This document shows, one piece after another, positions 1 through 12,865 of a stretch of DNA of 64,000 nt. Position 1 is the stretch's first letter. Each line of letters starts with the position of its first letter. The position numbers and the translations under genes were made by a program. The notes beneath the pieces are model-generated. The model was not told the origin of the DNA. It saw only the letters and a program-made list of their open reading frames with translations, and made no database searches. Source of the DNA: Enoplolaimus lenunculus (Eukaryota); the NCBI GenBank assembly GCA_030248215.1, contig JASANG010003984.1, positions 558,001 to 622,000 of the forward strand. Reading direction: 5' to 3'.

Positions 1-1042
1 GTATCCTGGCTTTCCAAACAGCATCATTTTTCAGGATATCATTAAATTTTCGGCACACAATTCGAACAATGCTGACTACATAGTCAGCGTCCAGGTATGA
101 ACAAATATGTACGAATATTTCGGGGGGAACATCTTTTAGATACATTGTTGAATATACAAAATAGCACTAGCTAACTCACCCCATTACATAGGTTGGTTTA
201 GTTTGTAGTGCAGTGGCAGGTTTTGTTCATACAAAAAATTTTATGTCTGACATGAAGTGAATTTTGAACTATAGTGGACGGAAGACATAACGTTTAACAA
301 ATTTTTCAGCCGGCATGATAGCATTACAAAGTTATGCATTGAAATTTAAAATTAGCGCATGCTTTACACAGCGAAACTGTTTGTATATATAATGAAACTT
401 CGAGTTTTTTAAAACCGAACACTGCGGTCACCTTTTGCAAGCCAGCGTTAATAGCTTAAGACTTGTATAGCAATTATGGGTCTATGTATAGCACAGAGGC
501 TTCTCGTTTTCCAATGTGGAAAACTATGACCAGGAGTGCAGCGCAGCCACTGGTGTACCGCGCTAAAAGAACACACTGGTTTGGTACGAAAAACATAAGC
601 ATATGTTTGGCTGCGGGAAAGTGTAAAATTTATAAGCCCGGATATTCCCTGGTGAGACGTAGAGAAAACCTGTGGAAAATTTGAACGCTTAGATTATCCC
701 TATAGTACGGAAAAATTAAGCATACTTAAAATTGAGGAAATGTTTTAAACAGGAAAACAAACATTTTATGTTTACAAATGTAAAGTTACCCCGCACACGT
801 AGTGGCAAGGGAAAACTATACAAAAGTGCCGGAATTTAAACGCTTAGCTATACTCAGGTTTCGTACGGAACGTAAAATTTGTTTGGAAAACGAAAAAGTG
901 GACAATTCAAATGCCCAAACTTTGATGGTTTGGTAGGGAAAATTTGAAGCGTAGCCACGTCTATATGACGGCTACGAATTCCGCTGTTTTGTTTCCAACA
1001 ATCATAGGCATAAGTTTGACTGAAAAAATTTAGGCGTTTCAA

Positions 1043-1308
1043 CCCTTTACTTATCACATGAATATTTTCAATTTCATCTGAGAACTACTTTTATGCTAGG
1101 ATTCGAACTCCAGTATGGAGTGGGAGGCGTTTCATACCATCACCACTCAGCTATAGGAGCTTGACGCTCGAGCCCGAGAGGGCTCTCACGTCTTGTGGTG
1201 ATTTAGTACTATGTATACGTGTTGCAATTGTTAAACACTGTGCGCTGTATATTTAACGTATATACACTGCGCTGAGTTGCCCATATAGTCAACTCTATAT
1301 GAGAAGGG
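1043..1308. mobile_element. piggyBac-like MITE with tRNA-derived A/B boxes (copy 1)
   Basis: Reverse complement of 50931-51121 over most of its length; ends ...ATGAGAAGGGG. Confidence 0.65.
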
Positions 1309-1925
1309 GTTATAGATAAGGAATACGCTGAATATACTATTATGGCCCTAAAACTAACATTGGCCGCTCTAGGAATATATATGTTGATACTTCTGCTTCG
1401 GCCCATGTTTCAACATCAATAGGCTTTTGGTGTTTTAGCCTGTGTTGTACCTATTTTCAATTGGCGCAATAAGCTTTGTGGATTCAACGCTTTCAAATAA
1501 AAACAGCTGTTTCTGATGTCACTGCTGTTCATCCGAATTTGACATTCGCAACTGCGGCAGAACTTTATATTTTGCAAATCTCACAGCTCTCGCGTAAACA
1601 GATTTTAAAGCATAAATAGGCGCTGCTTTACTAGGCTTGCGTTGTACAATCTTTTTATTCAGTTTTAAAATTAGTCTGTCATAATCATTTTTAGTTGATT
1701 AAAATAGCGTCAGACATTTTATGTATACGTATCTTGTAGTGCCAAACTTATGGTATATAGAGCCATTTAGAGCAAAAAGCCCGTATGTGTGGTCGTGGGT
1801 TCGATCCCCACCGCATCTGCAGCAAAACTTTCGCGAAGGGTTCTGCATGGAACTGCTTAACTTTTAGAATAGCTTACCTCGGCGTTGCAATTGCACGATT
1901 GTAAATATAGTATTAAGTTTTATCG

Positions 1926-2067
1926 CACTGCAAAAAATGGTGAGTCAGCTTGACTCTCTCCGAAATAGGCCCTATGAGACTACACAAACTGAGTTAAATT
2001 CGGCTCCGCAAGAGTCAAATTCGACTCACTGAGTCGCATGTTTTTTGACTCACCATTTTTTGCAGTG
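1926..2067. mobile_element. MITE family A (CACTGCAAAAAATGG palindrome), internally deleted
   Basis: Both TIRs present; GAGTC/GACTC subterminal repeats. Confidence 0.85.
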
Positions 2068-2124
2068 TGGAATATTTTGGCTTTTATTAGCTAAAGTAAT
2101 TGTAATATCAGTTCCTAAAATAGT

Positions 2125-2854
2125 TTAAGAATCAGTGTCTTCCAGATGTGACCTTGGTGTTGCATAGCCAGACGTCGAAATCACGTTTGAACTTCGAGGA
2201 CTTTCAAGGTTCACGCCGCCGGAGTTGATCCCCGATTCATCGCGGACTGCCGTTTTGGTGTTGTCAAACTCATTTTGAATTTGTGTTTCACAATTGCTAC
2301 CCTTCATACAAGATTTACCACTCGAGTTTATCCCGTTCAAACTGGGACAATTTTCAGTTGAGGTCAACAGAACATTCTCTACTTTGCCGCTAGTGTTCGA
2401 AATGACCCGAGCCAACGACAGGGAAGACTTTGGCTCGGAGTTTGTTGGACTCGTCACTTTTTCTGTTGAAAGCATCGTTTGAATTTCTTGACTACGTTGA
2501 TTAAGTTGAATTTGACTTGAGTTTGGTTCAATATGAACGCTGTCGAGTAGTGAATTTTGTTCCCAAATTAAGAGTTGAGCACGTAATGCTTGTTGCGCGT
2601 GAAAACGGCGAAAAATAAAATAAAACACCAACGCCGTAGCGGAAGCGACGTATATTAGCAAAATTAACGCGAATACGCAGTAACGAATTTGATTCAGGTA
2701 GTGAACCATCAAATGAAAATCTTCAAGCGCTGCTAAGGTTTTCGGATAATCGCGGTTGAATTTGTCTAACAAATCCATTATTGGACTTTGCTTAAAGTTG
2801 CCGTCTTCATCGTAGTTGTAATCGTACTCCGGAATTTCGAACGTTTTATCGCCT
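2125..2854 (-). CDS. Probable terminal exon of a single-pass membrane protein (TM helix plus Ser/Thr/Asn-rich cytoplasmic tail); family unidentified
   Basis: About 243 open codons in AT-rich DNA. Hydrophobic stretch CVFALILLIYVASATALVFYFIF is followed by RR. Acceptor ttgttcAG at 2856-2855, stop TAA at 2125-2127, AATAAA on the minus strand at 2083-2088. The ORF-track TTG start is probably intronic. Confidence 0.75.
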
Positions 2855-3379
2855 CTGAACAAGTTTAATGGTTAATGCCTCATTCGTTCGTGCAAATATT
2901 TGCAACGAAAACTTGCAGCTGCAGTTTAAATGTGCATTACAACTATAAATTGCAGCAACATCTTATACGCGCAAATTTTTGCATTGAAATATTTCAGCTG
3001 CCTTCAAAACCTTGCACGTGTGAATAAAGCTTATTCCACTGTTACGGTGACAAATCCACGACAGAAAATTAGTGTAGAATGCGCCCCTTACTTGTGTGTA
3101 TTACAGTTCACGTTTATTTTTAGCTAAATAACTGTACAATATGGCTTGGATACAATGTGATTGTACAAGATTTTGTGTCTTAGGCATATTTTGTAAATCT
3201 TACAAAATTGAAATGTTTCTTAACCACAAATTAGCAAAATTTAAGCAACACAAAAAATTTGTTTCCCAACGAAAACACGCGAAATTTTGCCAACTCGACA
3301 TTTTGCTACACATTACTATGCTTAGGCTTAGGCAATAGGCTTAGGATTACGCTTAGGATTATGTTTAGAATGATTCACA

Positions 3380-3598
3380 CACTGCAAAAATGGTGTGTCA
3401 AATTGAATCTCTCCGAAATAGGCTTTTCCAAACTACACAAACTGAGTCAAAATTCGACTCCGATAGATTCAAACTCGACGCAATGAGTCGCTAAATGAGT
3501 CAAATTTGACTCTGGCGGTGTCAAATTTGACTCAGTTTGTGTAGTCCGAAGAAGACTATTTTGGGGAGAGTCAATTTGACTCACCATTTTTTGCAGTG
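3380..3598. mobile_element. MITE family A
   Basis: Full palindrome flanked by CA...CA. Confidence 0.9.
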
Positions 3599-3839
3599 CA
3601 GGCTTTAGTGCACTATTGAGCGACAAGTCGTCGAAGATTCTAACTATTGTTTTTGTGCAGCATTTGCAGTTGTAAGTAAATAATGTCTCGACGAGGATAT
3701 CGCGACAATTTGTCGACCGACAACTTGTAATCGGAAATTTCATCGATTTGGCTATCTGTCGGCCATTATTTATACTTAGGCTTAGGCTCGTAATTAGGCA
3801 ATGGATTATACTTAGAGTTATAGGCTTTATCGTTTACTC

Positions 3840-4014
3840 GGCCAATTTTACTTTCAGGGCCGTAAGCGTATTCCTAAGCCTAAGACTAAGCCTAAGCGTT
3901 GCAAAAGCGTATTCCAAAGCTTAAGCCTAAGTCTAAGCAAAAAATGTAGTTTAGAATGTAAAGCCGACGCTTTTACAGGCCCACGAGAAACCGGAATGGC
4001 CCTAAAAGTAACAT
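3840..4014. mobile_element. MITE family C1 (GGCC.ATGTTACTTT TIR, internal TTAGGC hexamers)
   Basis: Matches the other C1 copies; GCCTAA repeats. Confidence 0.75.
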
Positions 4015-6224
4015 ATATTATAGAAAAGTGTTCATAAAATATGTATATAATACGATAACATTAATTTTGCCAATATATGGCTCTCAAACCCAAATTTGCT
4101 AAATTTTCTTAAGTCATTTAAGATTTTAACTATACAACGACAGAATGCAGAGAAGTTTTGGTGCCACGGTATTTGCAGACGACTTTTAATCAATTGGTTT
4201 GGGTGCGAGTCCAGGTTGCGAACACAAATTTGTTGTGAAATTAGTAAAAAAAGTTGCCAAAATAATTTGGGACATAATTTACAAGTGAATGTCGTTGCAT
4301 TTTGTGCCTCAAAAATCAAAGTGCACGGAATAAAATGAAAAAACACTTACATGTTGACCGTATCTGCCATTAATGCTGGATTATTTATTATAAAATCGCT
4401 TTATTTATGGGTTGTATAAAATCATCTGTCAACAGATTTATGTACTGTAGTGACCCAAATAAGAGAGGAACTGATATTTATTAGGCTTCTCCAGACGGTA
4501 CACCGTTGTTATTCGGTTACGGACTGTTATTTATTTTTAATCCACGCTCTGCCAGCCTTCGTTACTGATATACTTCTGGTATTGCAAGTATCCGTTGGAT
4601 CAAATGTTTTTTGCCTTTCATCAAAAGCTTGAGCGATAATGCAAGGTTATACTTTTTAGTGTTACTTTCAAAACATAAGTACGTTTTAAAGTTTCGAACT
4701 CAATTTCAAGCCAGACGCAATTTTAGTATTCAATTCTAATATCAATATTTTCAGTTTTGTGCCGGTCCAAACATATGCTTTAGCTAAAATGTCTCATACA
4801 CATTGAACGATACCAAATTTTGGATAGAATTTTTGAAAAATAAAAATAAATTCAAACATATAAATAGCCATTATACACGTAAACTAACAGCCAATACGAT
4901 TATTCTATCACGAGTTGAATCTGAACACAATTTTGTTGCTCGGAATTTCACTGAAAAACACTGTGTCGTATATTATCCAAATGTTAGTCATATATATCTG
5001 CTGCTGACGTATGAACATTTCAGGGGTGCATACATAGAAATATGTGGGATACATTGCCCCGAAATTTCACAAGAGACGAAAAAAAGGCTCTTTTACCCCC
5101 TGTTTACTTATTCTAGACGTAGGACTGACCCATAGCCAGCTCACTATGCTACAGAGGGGCGGCGAAAATGTTTTGAGGGAGGGCATTCGAGTTTAAGAGC
5201 ATGGTGGAAAATTCTTCAAAGGGATGCAAAATTTTTACTAAATTTTGAAAGTACATTCCTAAGTATAACCTTACATTATGCTCAAGCCGTTGACACAAGA
5301 CAAACGTTTAATTCAACGGATTGCTGCAGTACCGGATATATCAATAACAAAGGGTGGCGGAGCGTGGGTAAAAAATAACTGTTCGTAACCGAATAACAGG
5401 GAGTACCCTCTGCAGTGGCCAAAGAAATATCAGCCCCCCCCCTCTTATTCGGGTCACTACAGTTCACACATTTGACAATATTATGAACACTGGTATATAG
5501 TGCGCTATAATTACAAATCAAATTCCTCTTAAGCCAAGCTTAAAACCCATGGCAAAAAACTATTAACGTATTTGACGTCTGCGTTAACCATAACATTTTG
5601 GCTGATAACAGTCTTATTAAGCATAAAATATATGCTGACAAGTTGAATATTGCATATTTTGGTGTTAAGTTTAACCAATTTAAGCTGATAAAGCTATCAT
5701 AATAAACATAAACGTTGAAGTTTGCAACGATTTTACGGGTCGACCATTTTAGAAGGCTAGCGCGATTGATATCACAGGCTTATGGGTAACAGAGAATATC
5801 TTTCTTCCCTGAAAGTTAAGGAGAGACGGGAATAAAGGCACTCCTACAGGCTTTAGAATATCCTGTGGTATTCCAGCGCTTGGATTCTCAATTGTCTATA
5901 GCGCCTATAAACGCCAGGGTTTCGCCCCCAAATTCACGAGCGAAGCGAACGAGAAGCCAGACACATTTTAAAACTTCGGCGGTTTTTGTTTCAACCGGTT
6001 TGGGAGAGGGTCGCTTTAGTGGTAGAGGCCTCGAAAATTGGGGTATGAGAGCTGTGGCTGCTTCGGCCATGGATTCAATCTTGTGGTCCAAATAAATATT
6101 TACAATTAAAAATAAGGATTAGTGTTAAAAAGTAAGCCCTAGTTTAAACGGTTTTCGGTTTGAAAACACAATTTTTTGAGTAATGAAAATTTGAAACCAA
6201 TCAACGTTTAATAAGTCAACACTA

Positions 6225-6499
6225 AGCACTATTCACACGTGCAATTTTTTGCTACGAGAACTTGCAGCTGCAACTTGCACTTGCAACATTTGTGTAAAAT
6301 CCCGTTCGAAAAACTTGCTGCTGCAAATAATTAATTGAAAATTATAGTTAGGAATTTAGTTCACATGTGTGAATAATCATGCAAGTTCACTAAAGTTATT
6401 GCAGCCGCTTTCTCATTAGCTGACGGAAAAATGCAAGTTCTACGTGCAATTTGCAGCTGCATGTTCTCGCTACAAAAACTTGCACGTATGAATAAAGCT
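6225..6499. mobile_element. MITE family E
   Basis: Colinear with 20555-20836. Confidence 0.85.
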
Positions 6500-6648
6500 T
6501 TATATTAAGCAAACGATGTTTTAAAGACAAAAGCATTCGCACAAATCCTATTGAAATGTTGTTTTCAAATTTCCCAAATTTTCTTCCATTTGAACTGGTA
6601 CACATTTTTATCAGCAGTGGTCAGACATTCATGAAACATTAATTTAAT

Positions 6649-6918
6649 GGCTCAATGTTACTTTTCTGGCATAACAGTAGATTAAGCTTATTTCTAAGCA
6701 TGCGTTGAAAAATGTGTTCGCAAACCTAAGCCTAAGCCTAAGACTAAGACTAACCAAAAAATTGTAATACAGAATCTAAACCCAGTCTTTTATAGACCCA
6801 CCAGAAACCTGGACGCCCCTTAAAGTAACATGGCCATTTAATGTACTAATACAGAATCTAAACCCAGTCTTTTATAGACCCACCAGAAACCTGGACGCCC
6901 CTTAAAGTAACATGGGCC
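6649..6918. mobile_element. MITE family C1 with tandemly duplicated right end
   Basis: The ~82-bp terminal segment is repeated (6766-6847 and 6848-6929). Confidence 0.8.
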
Positions 6919-7001
6919 ATATAATGTACTGTTTAATTAAAAAAACTTCAAAGATTCGTAACGATTAGGGGACATCGTTAAATTCATCAACAGCATCTTA
7001 C

Positions 7002-7180
7002 AGGGATCATCTCTAGCAGTGGGTCGTACGCAGGCGTCACTCTAATACAATTGCCGTCTGCCAGAATGTCTCAGTGAAATTGATTCAAAGATGAACGAGT
7101 ACCCCACCTTTCCGGCGACAGATTTGTGAAATTGGCTGCATCGGCCGGAGTAGGCAACAGTTGTGTAAAGGAGACGAATC
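7002..7180 (-). other. Candidate internal exon(s), possibly of the 2125-2854 gene
   Basis: GC-richer island bounded by tagtCAG and GTAAG. It needs either one in-frame TGA (7071-7073) or a ~50-nt mini-intron to give ...DGNCIRVTPAYDPLLEMIP. Confidence 0.3.
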
Positions 7181-7602
7181 CTGACTAAAAGTTTACTATT
7201 TTCCTAAACGAAGCTTGAAAATCTAATTGATGTGTTGTGTTTAAAGTTGCTAACAATAACATATTCTGAAAGACTAAACAAATTTTTGTATAAAGTTCTA
7301 TGTTTTCGAAACAGATATGGTTGTTAGCGTAGCGAGCAAGAACAAATTTTGATCCGTTGGTGCTAGCAGCAGCGGCGGATCGAAAAATATTTGACAGCTG
7401 AGCGAACTTGCAAAAGTTATTAAACGCAATTTTTACTGTATGCTATATATGTGCCAATGTTCTGAGGGATATAATGGTAACGTGGAGATCGACCTTAATA
7501 CCATTGCATTTTAAACAAGTCTCTGAGCTAAATTAGTGAAGCAGTGAAAGCTGTCGAGCGAGACGCAAAACGCATTTTTAGCATAAGTATGATGCAAAAT
7601 TT

Positions 7603-7749
7603 GGCCCATGTAAAGATAAGGGGCGGAACGTTTTTCTATGGAACTGCAATAGAATAAGCTAAAGCTTTAAAGTAATTTTTTGCTTGGGTTAGGCTTAGGC
7701 TTAAGAATATGCTTATAATACTGTTCCACCCCTGTTCTTTATATTGGCC
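7603..7749. mobile_element. MITE family C2 (GGCCCATGTAAAGATCAGGGGCG..., TTAGGC core)
   Basis: Related to C1. Other copies at 12446-12634, 28795-28975, 46176-46378, 48576-48757, 52045-52244, 55066-55267 and 56822-57013. Confidence 0.8.
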
Positions 7750-8212
7750 CAAAATTTTCATTTTGCAAGGCTCCAATAGGGACGTCGGATTCATAGAGCC
7801 GGTATTGTATATGACGCGTTATACTTGATTGTTTCTTTATTTTTTTAAGATTTTGATGTGTTATACCCAAAATTTTGGTCTCGTCAGAAATATTTTCCTA
7901 TGGAAGCCAGCATTCAGATCTGCTGTAGGGCCTTCAAACATTAAAAATTCATTACGCGTTTAAAATAAATGTTAAACTATAAAATACCAAATCACCACAG
8001 CAGAACACCAAACAGTAAACAAACCAGCTAAAAAATTTAGCGAATTCAAAAACAGCAAACACATCACAAAACCACCGAAAATAAAATGTAAACAAATACG
8101 CCAAAATTTGAAATTTTAATAAAATTCGATCACAAAATATTGTTCGTCACTGCGTTTTTTTGGCTTAAAAGCATAAATTGTGAAAATTTTCTGAAATAGG
8201 CTCTCTCTCGTT

Positions 8213-8440
8213 TACTGCAAAAAACGGTGATTCAAATTGACTCTCTCCGAAATAAGCTCTACGGGAATACACAAACTGAGTCAAATTCAACTCCGCCAGT
8301 ATCTAATATCTAATTCGAGTTACCCGAGTCGCTTAGTGAGTCGAATTTGGCTGTGGTGGAGTCGAATTATCACTCAGTTTGTGTAGTCCCATAAAGCATA
8401 TTTCAGGAAGAGTCAATTTGATTCACCATTTCCTGCAATG
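8213..8440. mobile_element. MITE family A
   Basis: Diverged full palindrome. Confidence 0.85.
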
Positions 8441-8921
8441 TACGCGTTCCCCTCCCCAGGCTTAGGCTTCAGTATATTAGGCTTATAGGCTTTAGGCTTA
8501 GTATTCGAAAAACGTTTTCCGAAGCTATAAGCCTACGAATTAATTTTAAAGTGCGTGGGAAAATTGTACAAGAGCCTAATTGTACATAGGCCAGGGGCAG
8601 GGGAAACAAACTTTGGAGTTGATTTATTCCTAGAACCGCAGTGAAAATTTTGCTTCTGTAAATATCACGCGTATACAACACGTAACATTTTGAGGGATTC
8701 AACGATAAATGGTCGCCCGCCAATGGGTTGTCCAACAGTGTCCTAAAGTCAACGAATATAAATCTATAGGACCGTATTCTCAAATGTATGTAGCGCCTAT
8801 CACCACTCGATGATAGGTCCTGCAACCTTCGAGCCCAAGCATGCCGGAGGCTTGGAAAAGGCGTAATGGGTACGCTCATAATACCGTTACGTAACTTAAA
8901 GCTTCATTGAATAGATTTTCG

Positions 8922-9684
8922 TCACCGTTACTTTTAGGGCCGTAGCGCTAGATTAAGAGTGTTGCTAAGTTAAACTGGCGGAGGTGCGGAATCTGATCCC
9001 TGCTAGGAATTTAACAAAAAGGGCCTATCTATAGATTACGACGAGCTGAGTTCAACGTTTTCACTTTTATAGAATAGATGCATGACCAACGGTTCAGAAG
9101 TTATGGCCCTCGAAGTAATAGTGCAAACACGCACACAATGGAAGAGAATGTACCTGTAATTTACATATTCGTAAATTAAAAGCTTTACCAGGTTTATTCA
9201 TTACACAAATTTGGGCCAATGTTACTTTTAGAGGCGTAACCGTAGATTAAGTGTTTTCTAAGCCTAAAAGCCTAAGCAAAACCATGTAATCTTACCATTT
9301 TATAGACCTGCCAGAAACCTGGACGAAACTAAAAGTAATATAGGCCCAGCTTTGGTTTGCGTTTGTACAAGTTATATATAGTGAAAAGTTGAAGTTTAAA
9401 GGGCGATGACCATAACATTTGAACTGGGGCCCGGCAGCCTTAAAACTGAGTACCGCTGAACTCAGCTCGCCGAAATCCATAAAATGAACAGGTTTTCAAT
9501 AAAATCCTATAGGTAGGCTTTATATTGCGTACCTCCGCCAGTCAACTAAAACCTGCGTACTGCCAAAGCGTATTCCTAAGGCTAAAGCCCAAGCCAAACC
9601 AAAATATGTAATCTCGAATCTAAAGCCTACTGTTTTACAGATCCGAACCAGAAACCAGAACGATCCTCAAAGTAACATGGGTCC
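8922..9684. mobile_element. Nested C1 > long-TIR element L (8968-9547) > C1 (9214-9346)
   Basis: Outer C1 halves at 8922-8967 and 9548-9684. L arms are inverted (CTGGCGGAGG/CCTCCGCCAG; GAGCTGAGTTCA/TGAACTCAGCTC). Confidence 0.75.
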
Positions 9685-9783
9685 TGGCACTGGTTTATCG
9701 CTATTTTTGGTACTTTTTGTAAATCCATGTCATATTTATTTTTGCCTTTAAACCGACGTTTATAACTCTGACCATTCATTTGG

Positions 9784-9968
9784 GGCCCATGTTACTTTAA
9801 GGGTCGTCCAGGTTTCTGGTGGGTCTATAAAAGAGTAGGTTTGAGATTCTAGATTACATTTTTTGCTTAGGCTTGGGCTTAGGCTTAGGCTTATGCTTAG
9901 GAATTTATTTTTGCAACGCTTAGCAATACGCTTGATCTACATGTTACGCCCCTTGATGAACATTGGCC
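9784..9968. mobile_element. MITE family C1
   Basis: GGCCCATGTTACTTT...AACATTGGCC with TTAGGC repeats. Confidence 0.85.
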
Positions 9969-10117
9969 CTATTTGGAATTTTTGGTTATTCTTTATGCGC
10001 ATTTGAAGCTTATATCTTTGTGACACACTTAATCTGAAATTAAATTAAATAATCCAGCATGCTAACTGTTTCTTTGCCGTGTAGGAAAAAAGTTTACAAT
10101 TTATAGTGGGCGAATAC

Positions 10118-10380
10118 CAGGTTTAAAGTTGTAAGAGTTTCAAATCGAAAACGGGCCATACAACATGGACTTTCGTGTTGGGAACCGCAAGATACGGCGG
10201 GGTCCGCATAAGGACCGTCTGGCTAAACCCAATCGTACGGCAGAGAAATATTTCGTTTGGGAAAAGTTCTGTAACCAAATTTTCAGTAAGACAAACTTTT
10301 TCACACTCTACGCACAATTGAACCCCGGTGTCAACGATGTGTTGGACCCTATTGAATATCGATTCGCGGTTGGTGTCGAA
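10118..10380 (-). other. Candidate exon(s), frame uncertain
   Basis: GC-richer non-repetitive island with ttttAG and ttacAG acceptors and a weak GTATTC donor; no unambiguous open frame. Confidence 0.2.
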
Positions 10381-12725
10381 CCTAAAATATGGTCGCGCAG
10401 GTGCCAAAGTTGTGACAGGCTCAAGAACCAGAATTCAAGTTAATCTTATTTTGAAGTTTTGAGCAGAAAAAAGTATTACGTTTTTTCTTGAATATCAAAT
10501 GTAAATTTTGCCGTTCAAGTTTCATTGAAGTTGTCTTGAGAGTTGAAACTCAAGTGTTAATAAAATCTGTTTTTGACAAATGTACGTTTATCATTGCAAC
10601 GGACACTGGTGACTTTATAGTGCCACCCCGTTCGAGTGTCAGGGTTTAGGATCTTTGCTTTGGATCCTGGCTTTAAATTGGTTCTCGAAAGAATTAGAAC
10701 CAACGTATGGAATACGGCCGAACACTGTGGTATAAACGTATTTCTAAGCCTACAGCCTAAACCTTCGCCTAAAGCGTATGATAGTATACTGTATTGCGAA
10801 AAGGATTAAGCCGTATAAAACACGGTAAAGTTTTGTAGCAAGAATTCACTGCGCTAACTTGCACAAAATACTTGAAGCTGCAAATCTTTGCAAGGAATAA
10901 ATTATCCGTTCGGTAAATGACGATGAATCAACTCGACTCGCGAAGCTGTTCAAACCTATGAATTAATTCGTGGTATATATTTATCACGAATACACTCAAA
11001 ATAATATTTCTGATATTTAAGAAAAAATTTCTTACATTTGAGAAATATACGTTTCAGATTTGCCACAGAAAACACTTTTCTGAATAAATTCAAAAATACT
11101 TTTTTGTGTGTAGTTTGCAGTTGCAAGTTGTTCGAACAAAGTTTTGGAAAAACTTGCAGCTGCAAGTTTCAAGAACTTTAAGCGTAAAGAAGGCTTTATT
11201 CAAAATTTCTGGACTTGAAAACGATTTCATACCGGTACAATTTCTATTCAATGCTTATAAAATGTAAAACAAGCCTCATCACTATTGCGGAAGACTGCGA
11301 AGTATCAAACAAGTTTGACAGTTTAATTAATTCAAGCTTTTGAATTACATTTAACAGCATGAGAGTTTCAGTGGATTTTAGCAGCTGCAAGAACTTCCAC
11401 GTTGTTTTGTGACCAAACTTCCACATGCAAGTGGCACGTCAAAATTATTGCTGCAAAAACTTGCACATGTGAATAGGGTTTTAAATCACCGGTTAACGAT
11501 ACGTTTTCCAAACTGACGAACTCCTGCAATTGCATATCACAAAATCGGTACAGATGTAGAACGAATCAAATGCGAAAAATGTGCTAAATTTGAAACGACA
11601 AGTTACTGATCTAGAAGTTACAAGACGTATCCCTAACTGGTCATTGATCCTACACAAATTTGAGACTATAGGCCGTTTACTGAGATCCGTTTGATATGGC
11701 TGATTTCTATAATAGCTCATCCCGTGTGGAACATACACTAATTGGTGTACTACACGGTTTAGCAATCCGTTTTACGCGACAATCTTCATAAGCCTTCAAA
11801 GCCCACTTCGGCCAGAACGCCAAGCTCCTATATCTGAGTAGTGACGGTATTGCATCACAACGCTTGATGCAAGCTTACAAGAAATATGTTATCGTTTGCA
11901 TTCTCTAACATTATTCGTACAAAACCCTGTTTTCTTAAAATTTCCAACCATGCTAATATTTACCTCAAGGCTGTAAAACTTTTTCCGCCCTTGTCTCGGT
12001 CTCAGGGGCCCTTATTCTTCAGCCCCCAAATCCTACGTTCATGTGTATTTTTATAACCTCAAGTTTCGCGTAACATTTTCGCCAGCCAAACCTTTTAATA
12101 CTTTATATATTCAAAAAGTTGGCAGTTTTTGCCGTCGCACTTTTATGGGTGCAAACGCGTTTTTACGCACATTTATCTTTTCTCTCTCATCTCGCAGCCA
12201 AAACGCTTATTGCGTTCCCTTGTTTGGGTTGGTCATAAAGTGACTTATGGAAATAATGGCTTGTCGTGAACCGCTTAGATGTGGTTAAGTTTCGAACCTC
12301 CTCGTATAAACGTATAAAATGTGGTGCTAAGCGAAAGATAATTTATTAATCCGAAACCGCTCAAATGCATTTTGTGTTGCTGTTTACAGCCGCTCTATGA
12401 CTTGAAATTTGGCCGAGACGATTTGGATTCCGTTTTTACTGGTTGGGCCAAAGTATGGAACACGGCCGTAACAGTAGTATCAATCATATTCCTAAGCATA
12501 AACGCAATAATGAGCTAATACCTGAGCGTAACCTAAGCCTATGCGTATTTAAGCAAAACATTTAGTTTAGAGTTTAAGCTTACACTACTGTAGAGTGGCT
12601 GAAAAACGTTCCGACCCTGATCTTTACACTGGTCACTGGTCGATAGACTTGTAACAGGTTTTAAGCGCAAATACACGTTTCTGATTTTTCAGTTTCGCCA
12701 GGTTGCTTTCCTCCGGAAAACTTTC

Positions 12726-12865
12726 GGCCAATGTTACTTTAAGGGGCGTAACAGTAGATTAATCGTATTTCTAAGCCTAAGCGTAAGCCTAAGCCTAAGC
12801 CTAAGCAAAAAAATATAATCTAGAATCTTAACGAACTCTTTTATGGACCGTCCAGAAACCTGGAC
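12726..12865. mobile_element. MITE family C1, truncated by a family H element
   Basis: C1 sequence ends abruptly at GAAACCTGGAC. Confidence 0.8.
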
